This document shows positions 1 through 8,571 of a stretch of 64,000 nt of DNA, one piece after another; position 1 is the first letter of the stretch; each line of letters begins with the position of its first letter. The translations under genes were made by a program, and so were the position numbers. Origin of the DNA: an uncultured Tateyamaria sp. (GTDB taxonomy: Bacteria; Pseudomonadota; Alphaproteobacteria; Rhodobacterales; Rhodobacteraceae); contig NZ_CANKXW010000001.1 in assembly GCF_947487805.1 (NCBI RefSeq), positions 935,580 to 999,579 of the forward strand, given 5' to 3'. The notes below the pieces were generated by a model. The model ran no database searches. It was given only the letters and a program-made list of their open reading frames with translations, and had not been told where the DNA came from.

Positions 1-187
1 TTTGGGCACCGCGCGGGGCACGCTGACCGGCATTGCCGCGGCCGAACGGGCGCTGGGCCAGACGTCCGCAATCACGGAATATTTCGACGCCGAGGCCGAT
101 CTCAAACGCCTGCCGCCGCAGCCTTTCGCGGCCCTCGGCGCAAACGCCTATCTGCGTTGGAAGGAATGGCAGGCAGGCGCGGAATAG
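1..187 (+). CDS. 3' end of a gene that begins upstream of the window; product not assignable
   Basis: The frame is open from the window edge to TAG at 185-187, with GC-rich third codon positions. Only 61 C-terminal residues are visible and they carry no diagnostic motif. Confidence 0.4.
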   Translation, partial: LGTARGTLTGIAAAERALGQTSAITEYFDAEADLKRLPPQPFAALGANAYLRWKEWQAGAE

Positions 188-191
188 GCGG

Positions 192-1736
192 CTAGTGATC
201 CTGGTTCAGCGCGTCCGCTGCCGGGATCTCGCGCTCGCGCCGGGCGATATAGTCGCGCAACGCCTCGTCCTTGGCGGGATCCAGCGCCGGTTCCTCATAG
301 GTGCCGAGCAAGGACCGCGCATGGATCAGGGCGCGCTCGGTGATCTCCTTGCCGCCCTCGGCCTGCCACTGTTCGATGGAGTTGTTGTCGAACAGTTCGG
401 GCATGAAAAACGCCGATTGGAAATTGTCCTGCGTATGCGGATGGCCGAGGTAGTGCCCGCCGGGGCCCACATCCGGCACCGCCGCCAGTGCTGCGTCAAA
501 GTCGTCCCATTGCACGCCCTGCGCCATCCGGTAGGCCATGGCACATTGTTCCGCATCCACGATGAACTTGGCCGTGGAACAGTGCATGCCCGCCTCGTTC
601 CAGCCTGCGGAATGCCAGATGTAATTGGCCCCCGCATGCATCACCGCCGACAGGGTCGTGGCACTTTCATATCCGGCCTGCGCGTCAAAGGTCTTGGCCC
701 CGCCCAGCGTGTTCGACGTGCGCCACGGGACGCCGTAATGGCGCGCCATCTGACCGATCATGAAGTTCATCATGGAAATCTCGGGCGTTCCGGCCATGGG
801 CGCGCCGGATTTCATCGACACGGTCGACAGGTAGTGACCGTAAATCGCGGGCGCACCGCGCCGGATCACCTGGGTATAGGCCAGCGCCGACAACGCCTCG
901 GCATTCAGCTGCGCGACGGACGCCGCGACCGAGGCAGGCGTATTCGCCCCGCCCAGCACAAACGGAGAGCACAATACCGGCTGATTGCGCCTGCTGAAAG
1001 CGCGCATCGCGCCCAGCATCGTCTCGTCCCAGACAAGGGGGGAATTGCCGTTGCAATTGCCGGTGGTCACAGGGTGATCTTCCATGAAATCGTCGCCGAA
1101 CAGGATGGCGCACATGTCCATCACATCCTCGGCGTTCTTGGGGCTGGTGGTCATGCCCATGAACGTTTTGTCGGAATACTTCATCGACGAATAGGTGATG
1201 CGCAGATGCCGGTGACTGATGGGGTGGTCATAGGGTTCGACGATGTGGTGCGCCGATGAATGCAGGGCGGGCATCATGTGGCTCAGCTTGTGAAACATCG
1301 CCAGATCATCCAGCGTCGGATTGCGCCGCACGTCGTCCAGATCGCGCAGGAACGGCGCACCGGTCATGGGGACAAAGATGCTGTGCCGCCCGCCCAAGCG
1401 CACGTTCTTTTTAGGGTCGCGGGCGTGGTAGGTGAAATCCGAAGGGATCGTGGCGATCAGGTCGCGCACCAACCCCCGGTCCAGAAACACAGTATCTCCG
1501 TCCACCTTGGCCCCGGCCGCTTTCCAATCTGCCAGCGCAATGTCGTCGCGAAACACGACACCGACGTTCTCGAGGATGTCCATCGAGGCCGCATCGATCC
1601 GTTCAACCTGCGACCCGTCCATGATCTCGCACCAAGGCAGGGTGTTTGCCAGACCGGGCAACATCGCAACGTTGGGTGCACTGCGCAGCGCGCGTCGGTG
1701 CGCGCGGCCACCGGACCGGGTGCGGGGGTGTGACAT
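192..1736 (-). CDS. MttB-superfamily methyltransferase (trimethylamine methyltransferase-like, non-pyrrolysine type; probably a quaternary-amine/glycine-betaine methyltransferase)
   Basis: ORF track 192..1808(-). I place the start at ATG 1736 (MSHPRTRSGGRAHRR...), which has GGGAGG plus a 5-nt spacer upstream. The full-length sequence has MttB-family character (...FVPMTGAPF..., ...GNCNGNSPLVWDE..., ...GGHYLGHPHT...). There is no in-frame TAG, so this is not a Pyl enzyme. Confidence 0.85.
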   Translation of the reverse strand: MSHPRTRSGGRAHRRALRSAPNVAMLPGLANTLPWCEIMDGSQVERIDAASMDILENVGVVFRDDIALADWKAAGAKVDGDTVFLDRGLVRDLIATIPSDFTYHARDPKKNVRLGGRHSIFVPMTGAPFLRDLDDVRRNPTLDDLAMFHKLSHMMPALHSSAHHIVEPYDHPISHRHLRITYSSMKYSDKTFMGMTTSPKNAEDVMDMCAILFGDDFMEDHPVTTGNCNGNSPLVWDETMLGAMRAFSRRNQPVLCSPFVLGGANTPASVAASVAQLNAEALSALAYTQVIRRGAPAIYGHYLSTVSMKSGAPMAGTPEISMMNFMIGQMARHYGVPWRTSNTLGGAKTFDAQAGYESATTLSAVMHAGANYIWHSAGWNEAGMHCSTAKFIVDAEQCAMAYRMAQGVQWDDFDAALAAVPDVGPGGHYLGHPHTQDNFQSAFFMPELFDNNSIEQWQAEGGKEITERALIHARSLLGTYEEPALDPAKDEALRDYIARREREIPAADALNQDH

Positions 1737-1744
1737 GCGGGCCT

Positions 1745-1766
1745 CCCTGTGTGTCTGCACACAGGG
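1745..1766 (-). promoter_or_regulatory. perfect 9-bp hairpin in the mttB-like 5' leader, overlapping its Shine-Dalgarno
   Basis: CCCTGTGTG-TCTG-CACACAGGG is read directly from the sequence. On the minus strand the 3' arm runs into GGGAGG-CCCGC-ATG. A regulatory function is not shown. Confidence 0.3.
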
Positions 1767-1832
1767 AACACGGACCGAGCCGCATGTGTCGGCCCGTGTA
1801 CGAACCAACTGGCCTTTCAGCGACGCGTGTCG

Positions 1833-2459
1833 TTAGACAGTCGCCATGCCCAGCCCCGACAGCGCGCGAATATGGGTGATGATCTCCTCGACGCCCCTGC
1901 CGTGGCGCAACGCCGCAAAGACAAAGGGGCGCGCGCCCCGCATCCGGGCCGCATCCCGTTCCATCACTTCCAGTGACGCGCCCACATGAGGGGCAAGGTC
2001 GGTCTTGTTGATGATCAGCAGGTCGGATTTCGTGATCGCGGGCCCGCCCTTGCGTGGGATTTCCTCACCCGCGGCGGTGTCGATGACATAGAGCGTAATG
2101 TCCGCCAGCTCTGGCGAGAAGGTCGCCGAGAGGTTGTCCCCACCGGATTCGATCAGGATTGCCTCGACCTCCGGGTGGCGCTGTCGCATCTCGGCCACGG
2201 CGGCGAGGTTGATCGACGCGTCCTCACGAATGGCGGTGTGCGGGCAGCCGCCGGTTTCGACGCCGATGATGCGATCCTGTGGCAGGATCTGCCGCCGCAT
2301 CAGCTCTTCGGCGTCCTCTTGGGTATAGATGTCGTTTGTGATCACCCCGATGGAGTGCTGGTCCTTGAGGGCGGCGGCAAGGGCGGCGGTCAGGGTGGTC
2401 TTGCCCGCCCCGACCGGGCCGCCGATGCCAATCCGCAGGGGTCCGTTCAGTTGTGTCAT
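1833..2459 (-). CDS. ureG: urease accessory GTPase UreG
   Basis: [23 protein letters not shown]... contains a P-loop and ...ESGGDNL... The size and context are typical of UreG. It overlaps the ureF stop by 4 nt. Confidence 0.97.
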   Translation of the reverse strand: MTQLNGPLRIGIGGPVGAGKTTLTAALAAALKDQHSIGVITNDIYTQEDAEELMRRQILPQDRIIGVETGGCPHTAIREDASINLAAVAEMRQRHPEVEAILIESGGDNLSATFSPELADITLYVIDTAAGEEIPRKGGPAITKSDLLIINKTDLAPHVGASLEVMERDAARMRGARPFVFAALRHGRGVEEIITHIRALSGLGMATV

Positions 2460-3085
2460 GTGCGAAAGATCCTTGGTTGCAGGGTTTCGTGGCGCATGGA
2501 TGCGATATCGGCTGCGAAACTGGTCGCGGTCAGGTCGTCCAGCGGCGTCATTGCAGCGGTGGCGGCGGTCGTGGCGATGACTGGGGTCAGCCGCGCGATG
2601 ACGGTTTGACCGTCGGTCTGGCCCAGGGGCAGGGCGCGTTGCGCCACCGACACCAGGTTCGACGCAAATGCCTGAAGATAGAGCGGCAGCGTCTGATCAA
2701 GCGGGATCGCCATGGCGCGTGCCGCGGCGCCCACGGCAACGGGATAGGTCAGGGCCACCAGATCAAGGCCCCAGACCGCGCGGGCCGTGTCGCAAAAAGC
2801 CGCCCCTTGCAGGTCGGTTTCCTTCAGCCTCTCCGCACTGGCGGCAAAGGCGCGCGCAGTGGCGTCGACATGGGCCGTATCGTCCGCGCCATGCGCCGCC
2901 GTCAGCAGAACCGCATCGGCAAATCCTGACCCGCACCCCACAATATCCGCCAACCAGTCATGCAGACCGTCCGCATCGTGCACAGTGCCGTCCGCAATCA
3001 CCTGTTCCAGCCCGTGCGAATAGGCAAAGGCCCCCACGGGAAACGCGGGCGACAGCCACTGCATGAGGGTCAGCGCATGGGTCAT
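2456..3085 (-). CDS. ureF: urease accessory protein UreF
   Basis: A 209-aa ORF lying between ureE and ureG with 4-nt overlaps on both sides. The N-terminus ...[21 protein letters not shown]... is typical of UreF. Confidence 0.9.
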   Translation of the reverse strand: MTHALTLMQWLSPAFPVGAFAYSHGLEQVIADGTVHDADGLHDWLADIVGCGSGFADAVLLTAAHGADDTAHVDATARAFAASAERLKETDLQGAAFCDTARAVWGLDLVALTYPVAVGAAARAMAIPLDQTLPLYLQAFASNLVSVAQRALPLGQTDGQTVIARLTPVIATTAATAAMTPLDDLTATSFAADIASMRHETLQPRIFRT

Positions 3086-3537
3086 GTATGCGCGTGGGAA
3101 TGGTCATGCCCATGGGTGCGCCCGTGGCCATAAGCGCCGCCTTCGGGGGTAAACGGCTCCACCACGTCGCGCGTTGTCGCGCCGATCCTGGACAACATGT
3201 CCGCCATCACATGGTCCCGCTGGATCAGCAGTCGCGTGTCCTCGATCTGGCAAGGTGTGTGCCGGTTACCGATATGCCACGCGATCCGGTGCAGGCTGTC
3301 GCCGGTGACCTCAAGCAATGGCTCGGGTGCTGCAATGATTTCAACCTCTGCCTTGTCAGTGGTGATCAGCGCTCCGCCATGATCCAGGGACGTGGTCTGT
3401 GGCAGGTCCACAAGCAATTGCGCACCGGACGCGAGCGTCAGCACCTTGCGGCGCAAAAACCGGTCCTCGTAGGTCAGCAGGATATGATCGGCAGGGGTGC
3501 CATGGGTGTGGGCGTGATAGGTTTGAGCTGTCTGCAT
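3082..3537 (-). CDS. ureE: urease metallochaperone UreE
   Basis: A 151-aa ORF with a His-rich C-terminal tail (...[16 protein letters not shown]) and an operon position upstream of ureF. No Shine-Dalgarno is visible, so the exact start is somewhat uncertain. Confidence 0.88.
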   Translation of the reverse strand: MQTAQTYHAHTHGTPADHILLTYEDRFLRRKVLTLASGAQLLVDLPQTTSLDHGGALITTDKAEVEIIAAPEPLLEVTGDSLHRIAWHIGNRHTPCQIEDTRLLIQRDHVMADMLSRIGATTRDVVEPFTPEGGAYGHGRTHGHDHSHAHT

Positions 3538-3545
3538 GTTACTCG

Positions 3546-3590
3546 AAAAAGGGCGGGCCCCGGCCGCCGGGTGGGGGAAACCCCCGCCCG
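3546..3590 (-). terminator. GC-rich hairpin cluster followed by a T5 run (terminator/attenuator-like) in the ureC-ureE spacer
   Basis: The minus strand reads GGGCGGGGGTTTCCCCCACCCGGCGGCCGGGGCCCGCCC-TTTTT and ends 8 nt before the ureE ATG. A second hairpin, CCGGCC-TTAG-GGCCGG, lies just upstream in the spacer. Confidence 0.4.
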
Positions 3591-3746
3591 GGGGAGGCGG
3601 TCGGGGGCTGTCCGGCCTTAGGGCCGGGCGGATGCGGTTGGCGACCTAGATTTCGAGGCCCGTTGCGGCGGCGGTCTTTCGGCCACGCACAACTCCATAA
3701 CACTGGTGCGCTTGGTCTGGGGATATCTCAGCCACGGACAGGTCCA

Positions 3747-5507
3747 TCAAAACAGGAAATAGCGCTGCGCCATCGGCAACACCTCGGCGGGTGTGCAGGT
3801 CAGCAATTCGCCATCCGCGCGCACTTCGTAGGTCTCGGGATGCACCTCCACATGCGGCGTGGCGGTATTCAGCTTGAGGTCCTTCTTGCCGATATTGCGG
3901 GTGTTCTGAACCGCCACCGTGTCCTTGGCCAGCCCCAGTGACGCACCGATCCCCTCGGCCTGCGCTGCGGCCGACACAAAGGTCACCGCCGACCGTTCCA
4001 CCGACCGACCGTAGGCCCCGAACATGGGACGGGTATAGACAGGCTGCGGCGTCGGGATCGACGCATTCGGGTCGCCCATCTGCGCACAGGCGATGGTGCC
4101 TCCCAACAGGACCATCTCGGGCTTGACCCCAAAAAATGCGGTGTTCCACAGGCACAGGTCGGCCCGCTTGCCCACCTCGATGCTGCCGATCTCGTGGCTG
4201 ATCCCGTGCGCAATCGCCGGGTTGATCGTGTATTTCGCAATGTACCGGCGCACACGCATGTTGTCGTTGTCACCAGTTTCCTCGGGCAGGGGGCCGCGCT
4301 GTTTCTTCATCTTGTCGGCGGTCTGCCAGGTGCGGATCAGCACCTCGCCCACACGACCCATCGCCTGACTGTCCGACGCGATGATCGAAAACGCACCCAT
4401 GTCGTGCAGGATATCCTCGGCGGCGATCGTCTCACGCCGGATACGGCTCTCGGCAAAGGCCACATCCTCCGGGATCGACTTGTCGAGGTGGTGGCATACC
4501 ATCAGCATGTCGAGGTGTTCTTCGAGCGTATTGACCGTGAACGGGCGCGTCGGGTTCGTCGACGAAGGCAATACATGCTCTTCGCCGCAGATCTTGATAA
4601 TGTCGGGTGCGTGCCCGCCACCCGCGCCCTCGGTGTGAAAGGCGTGGATGGTCCGGCCCTTCATCGCGGCCACCGTATTCTCGACAAAACCGCTTTCGTT
4701 CAGCGTGTCCGTGTGGATCATCACCTGCACGTCCATGTCGTCCGCCACAGACAGGCAGCAATCAATCGCACCGGGCGTCGTGCCCCAATCCTCGTGCAGC
4801 TTCATCGCACAGGCCCCGGCCTTGATCTGTTCTTCCAAGGCGGCGGGTAGAGACGCATTGCCCTTGCCCGCAAAGGCCAGGTTCATCGGAAACGCATCCG
4901 CCGCCTGCATCATCCGCCCCAGATGCCAAGGCCCCGGCGTGACGGTAGTGGCCAGCGTGCCGTGCGCAGGCCCCGTGCCCCCACCCAGCATCGTGGTCAG
5001 GCCGGAATGCAGCGCATCCTCGATCTGTTGCGGACAGATAAAGTGGATGTGGCTGTCGAACCCACCCGCCGTCAGGATCTTGCCCTCGCCCGCGATGGCC
5101 TCTGTGCCCGGCCCGATAATGATGTTCACGCCCGGTTGCGTGTCCGGGTTTCCTGCCTTGCCAATGGCCGCGATGCGCCCGTCCTTCAGGCCAACGTCCG
5201 CCTTATAGATGCCCGTCCAATCCACGATCAGCGCATTGGTGATGACGGTATCGACCGCCCCTTCGGCCCGCGTGACCTGTGACTGCCCCATCCCGTCGCG
5301 GATCACCTTGCCGCCGCCGAACTTGACCTCTTCGCCATAAAGCATGGCATTGTCGCCACTGCCCCCAGTGCTTGCGGCCCCCGCCGCTTCGGCGGTCAGG
5401 TCACGTTCGACCTCGATGATCAGGTCGGTGTCAGCGAGGCGCACCTTGTCGCCCACAGTGGGGCCAAACATGGCAGCATAATCGCGGCGGGAGATGGATG
5501 TGGGCAT
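3747..5507 (-). CDS. ureC: urease alpha (catalytic) subunit UreC
   Basis: A 586-aa [32 protein letters not shown]..., ...HIHFICPQQ..., ...[11 protein letters not shown]... and ...MVCHHLD... are the canonical UreC motifs. Confidence 0.97.
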   Translation of the reverse strand: MPTSISRRDYAAMFGPTVGDKVRLADTDLIIEVERDLTAEAAGAASTGGSGDNAMLYGEEVKFGGGKVIRDGMGQSQVTRAEGAVDTVITNALIVDWTGIYKADVGLKDGRIAAIGKAGNPDTQPGVNIIIGPGTEAIAGEGKILTAGGFDSHIHFICPQQIEDALHSGLTTMLGGGTGPAHGTLATTVTPGPWHLGRMMQAADAFPMNLAFAGKGNASLPAALEEQIKAGACAMKLHEDWGTTPGAIDCCLSVADDMDVQVMIHTDTLNESGFVENTVAAMKGRTIHAFHTEGAGGGHAPDIIKICGEEHVLPSSTNPTRPFTVNTLEEHLDMLMVCHHLDKSIPEDVAFAESRIRRETIAAEDILHDMGAFSIIASDSQAMGRVGEVLIRTWQTADKMKKQRGPLPEETGDNDNMRVRRYIAKYTINPAIAHGISHEIGSIEVGKRADLCLWNTAFFGVKPEMVLLGGTIACAQMGDPNASIPTPQPVYTRPMFGAYGRSVERSAVTFVSAAAQAEGIGASLGLAKDTVAVQNTRNIGKKDLKLNTATPHVEVHPETYEVRADGELLTCTPAEVLPMAQRYFLF

Positions 5508-5522
5508 AAGCGGTTCCTTGGA

Positions 5523-5969
5523 TCAATTCGAGGCGCGTTCGGCCAGCAGGCGCAGCCGACCCTTGTGCCGATGGGCATAAAGTTTCCGACCCCACCACGC
5601 CACAAGCGGCGTCATCGGGCCCGCATCAATGTCAATTGTGTCAAGCAACCGCGACCCCGTTGCAGTTGACTCCACGGACAGGTGATGCCGCCAGCTTCTG
5701 ACACCGGCACCATGTTCAGAAGACCTAAGGGTCATCGCATTATCATCCTGCTCGACAACCTCCATCGTGTAGTCCTGCGGGGGCAGCACACCGAACAACC
5801 GCACGCCTACAGTGACGCGCTGTCCAGGCGCGCATCGGCCCTCCGGCAACCCGGTAAAGCGGATCAAAGGACGGCAAACCTCGGCCAGGGCTGCGAAATC
5901 CGTTGCGATTGCCCAGACATCTTTTGCGGACGCTTCATAGTCGTGGCTCATGTTGATTTGTGCGGTCAT
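5523..5969 (-). CDS. SRPBCC (START/polyketide-cyclase-like) family protein inserted in the urease operon
   Basis: A 148-aa ORF whose N-terminus ...YEASAKDVWAIATDFAALAEV... is typical of SRPBCC ligand-binding proteins. Its stop lies 15 nt upstream of the ureC start. Confidence 0.7.
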   Translation of the reverse strand: MTAQINMSHDYEASAKDVWAIATDFAALAEVCRPLIRFTGLPEGRCAPGQRVTVGVRLFGVLPPQDYTMEVVEQDDNAMTLRSSEHGAGVRSWRHHLSVESTATGSRLLDTIDIDAGPMTPLVAWWGRKLYAHRHKGRLRLLAERASN

Positions 5970-6097
5970 GCCTCAAACACCTCATCCACCGGCACCTGCT
6001 TGGCTGTCACCAAACCATTGGTCCGCATCGCGATGCCGATCACGGCCAGCATCTCTGCGCTGGCCGCGTCGTCACTTATGAGCGGAGCAGTCGCCAC
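5966..6097 (-). CDS. possible unannotated 43-codon ORF filling the cyclase-SRPBCC gap
   Basis: I translated this by hand as VATAPLISDDAASAEMLAVIGIAMRTNGLVTAKQVPVDEVFEA*. Its GTG immediately follows the cyclase TGA in the same frame, and its TGA overlaps the SRPBCC ATG (ATGA). About three quarters of third positions are G/C. It is too short for the ORF track. Confidence 0.3.
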   Translation of the reverse strand: MATAPLISDDAASAEMLAVIGIAMRTNGLVTAKQVPVDEVFEA

Positions 6098-6901
6098 TCA
6101 GACCATCGCAAAGATGCGGGCCGGACCACCTGTGCCGCCCGGATGCGTCGGCGCGCCGACGACCAGCGTGGCACCGGCGGCAGGCACATTGTCCAGACCG
6201 GCGAGGTTCTCGATCCCGTAACGCCCCGCAGGCAACCAGGCGTAATGCGTGGCAAAATCCGCCGACGGCCCGTGATCCAGCGACAGCGTGTCCACCGCCA
6301 TGGCCGCCGCCGTGGTCTCTTCCAGCAACATCTGCGTCGCCTCCGGATGGAAGCCGGGAAAGTGTTTCACGTCCGCGTCGTCATTGCCCACATAGGCCGC
6401 CGCGTCGCCAGACTTGGCCGCCCAGCCGGAATGCATTGCGATGCACGCCTTGTCCGGAATGTCGCCATTGGCCGCGATCCACGCCTTCAAATCCTCGGGT
6501 GTCACCTGCGCGTCCGGGTTCTCGGCCGCACGGGCCGCGATGTCGACCACACACAGCGGGATCACCAGATCGCTCACCGGGATCTCGTCCACCGATGTCC
6601 CATCCGCCGAGAAGTGCAGCGGCGCGTCGATATGGGTCGCCGTGTGCTCATTGATTGACAGGTTGAACAGGTTGAACCCGTGATCGGCAAAGTTGAACTG
6701 CTGCTCCATCGAAATGCCGGGCACGCCGAAAAATGTCGGAAAATCAGGGCTCAGCTTGTGCGTCATGTCCACGACCGACCCGTGGCCCGCCGCCATCGCG
6801 GGCGGTGCCGCCGTTACACCGACAGCCGCCGCCGCGCCCGCCAGCGCCGCCGTCTGGAAAAAATCGCGTCGCGACAGCATCCGGTCCTTGACCGCATTCA
6901 T
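6098..6901 (-). CDS. cyclase / kynurenine-formamidase-like family protein with twin-arginine (Tat) signal peptide
   Basis: ORF 6098..6919(-). The start is probably ATG 6901 (MNAVKDRMLSRRDFFQTAALAGAAAAVG...AMAAG, with the Tat motif SRRDFF). The metal motif ...NEHTATHIDAPLHF... is typical of the putative-cyclase family. Confidence 0.8.
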   Translation of the reverse strand: MNAVKDRMLSRRDFFQTAALAGAAAAVGVTAAPPAMAAGHGSVVDMTHKLSPDFPTFFGVPGISMEQQFNFADHGFNLFNLSINEHTATHIDAPLHFSADGTSVDEIPVSDLVIPLCVVDIAARAAENPDAQVTPEDLKAWIAANGDIPDKACIAMHSGWAAKSGDAAAYVGNDDADVKHFPGFHPEATQMLLEETTAAAMAVDTLSLDHGPSADFATHYAWLPAGRYGIENLAGLDNVPAAGATLVVGAPTHPGGTGGPARIFAMV

Positions 6902-6949
6902 CACACATACGTCACACATCGTCTTGTCCTCCCATTGGGTTTGCCCTGC

Positions 6950-7255
6950 TCAAAGGTCGCCCATAACCTGCTGATTGAACCCAAAGACCCGGCGCCCACC
7001 CCCGATGGGGATCAGCGTCACGTCCCGGGCCTGCCCCGGCTCAAACCGCACCGCAGTGCCCGCCGCGATATCCAGCCGCATGCCACGTGCCGCCGCGCGA
7101 TCAAATTCCAGCGCGCTGTTGGCCTCGCCAAAATGATAGTGGCTGCCGATCTGTACGGGCCGGTCACCGGTATTGGCCACATGCAGCGTGATCGCCAACG
7201 CGCCGGTGTTCAGCTCGATGTCTCCCTCTGCGGGGATCACTTCACCTGGGATCAT
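6950..7255 (-). CDS. ureB: urease beta subunit UreB
   Basis: [18 protein letters not shown]... I chose the ATG at 7255 because AGGAGG plus 7 nt lies upstream; the longer TTG-start version at 7285 is unlikely. Confidence 0.93.
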   Translation of the reverse strand: MIPGEVIPAEGDIELNTGALAITLHVANTGDRPVQIGSHYHFGEANSALEFDRAAARGMRLDIAAGTAVRFEPGQARDVTLIPIGGGRRVFGFNQQVMGDL

Positions 7256-7298
7256 CGTGCCACCTCCTGTTTCATTGTTCCACAAATATGCATGTCCA

Positions 7299-7601
7299 TC
7301 ATCGAATTGGATTGTGCACGGTCACCAGCTTGGTGCCATCGGGAAAGGTCGCCTCGACCTGCACGTCGTGGATCATCTCCGGCACGCCTTCCATGCATTG
7401 ATCACGCGTGATCACCTGCGCCCCGGCCTCCATCATATGTGCCACCGAATGGCCGTCCCGCGCGCCTTCGACAACCGCATCGGTGATCAGCGCAATCGCC
7501 TCCGGGTGGTTCAGCTTGACGCCGCGTGCCAGCCGCTTGCGGGCCACCTCCGCAGCCATCGCGATCAGCAATTTGTCTTTTTCTCTCGGGGTCAGTTGCA
7601 T
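7299..7601 (-). CDS. ureA: urease gamma subunit UreA
   Basis: [39 protein letters not shown]... is a canonical 100-aa UreA. Confidence 0.96.
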   Translation of the reverse strand: MQLTPREKDKLLIAMAAEVARKRLARGVKLNHPEAIALITDAVVEGARDGHSVAHMMEAGAQVITRDQCMEGVPEMIHDVQVEATFPDGTKLVTVHNPIR

Positions 7602-7604
7602 GAG

Positions 7605-8435
7605 TCAAAGTCTCCAGCACAAGGGCAGGTTGCCATCTGTCAGGTGGTCAAGAATGGGCAGCAGGTCGCGCCGCAGGGCATAGCCTGACGGCGCCAACAG
7701 ACGCATCACCAGCACGTCCTCCGCCAACAGGCTGGCGCCGCCACTCTCCGGCAGCAACCCCCGCACAGCAGTCAAATGCAGGGCCGCATCCGGGCCGACA
7801 CAGGTCACGCTCACCATCGACGTGGCCCCCATCCCGACAGCGGTGCCGCCCATCTGCGCGCTCATGTCTCCGTCAAGGCACCATGCGTCCTGCACCAGGG
7901 GCGCGCCATTCCGCGTCACCGTAATCCTGTCGCGCATGCGGCCCTGAACACGGTCTTCGCCCATCGCAATCCGCCCGAGGCAAAGCGCCTCGACCAGCAG
8001 GGCCCGGCCTCCCGGCGCCACATCACAGGTCAGACGACGGTCAAAGGCACAGCCATCAAATACCAGAGTCTCCTGCGGCAACCACCACAGCGTCGCCTCC
8101 GGCGCCACATTCAGCGATGTCGTCACATACCCCGTCTCGCTCGGCTGCGCCCGATAGGCGCGTTCGCAAGCCTGGGTGGTCAGGGTCAGATGCGTGCCGC
8201 TTTGCGCCGCAGCGGCATAGTTAAACCGATCACCCCCCGTGACCCCGCCCGACGTGTTCAACAGCACACCTGTCAGCCCCAGATTGGCACGTGGAAACAC
8301 AACCTTGGCCGCGCCCTGCTGATAGAGATCGCCGATCACGCTGCGTGTGCCGAGGGGCTTGGTCGACAGCCGCACGGATCCGATGGCGCGCGGCTGCGCG
8401 CCCGTCGGGGCGGGGATGGGCATATGTGCAGTCAT
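7605..8435 (-). CDS. ureD: urease accessory protein UreD
   Basis: A 276-aa ORF directly upstream of ureA (3-nt gap), with UreD-like length and position as the first gene of the operon. Confidence 0.85.
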   Translation of the reverse strand: MTAHMPIPAPTGAQPRAIGSVRLSTKPLGTRSVIGDLYQQGAAKVVFPRANLGLTGVLLNTSGGVTGGDRFNYAAAAQSGTHLTLTTQACERAYRAQPSETGYVTTSLNVAPEATLWWLPQETLVFDGCAFDRRLTCDVAPGGRALLVEALCLGRIAMGEDRVQGRMRDRITVTRNGAPLVQDAWCLDGDMSAQMGGTAVGMGATSMVSVTCVGPDAALHLTAVRGLLPESGGASLLAEDVLVMRLLAPSGYALRRDLLPILDHLTDGNLPLCWRL

Positions 8436-8571
8436 GGTCAGGGCAGCAGCCTTCGTCTTGGCCCGATATGAGCATTCCCCGCCGCGCAGGACCAGCCCCC
8501 GCGTTCGTCCGCCGCATTTTGCCGGTCATTCCGCCCAATTTTTCAGCAGTTCACTGCGGGCCGCGCTGCGG

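Noticed and set aside
33-1259. A 408-aa plus-strand ORF lies antisense to the MttB-like gene. Many similar long ORFs occur elsewhere, for example 25123-26565(-), 29527-31050(+), 33181-34620(-), 37223-38680(-), 42227-43618(-), 46010-47596(-), 53181-54812(-) and 61696-63465(-).
   Set aside because: These are typical shadow ORFs of GC-rich DNA. Their products are Arg/Pro/Gly/Ala-rich low-complexity sequences with no motifs. Each lies antisense to, or out of frame with, a gene whose product is clearly recognisable.
3646-3747. A 33-codon ORF ([33 protein letters not shown]) has an ATG that overlaps the ureC stop (TGATG).
   Set aside because: Third-position G/C content is only moderate, there is no recognisable motif, and the ORF runs into the hairpin-rich spacer. 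Without conservation data I treat it as chance.
6098-6100. The TGA ending the cyclase gene might be a selenocysteine or programmed read-through codon, because the frame stays open for 43 more codons.
   Set aside because: I could find no convincing SECIS-like hairpin in the 40 nt downstream. The family is not known to use Sec. The idea is kept only as an alternative under the small-ORF finding.
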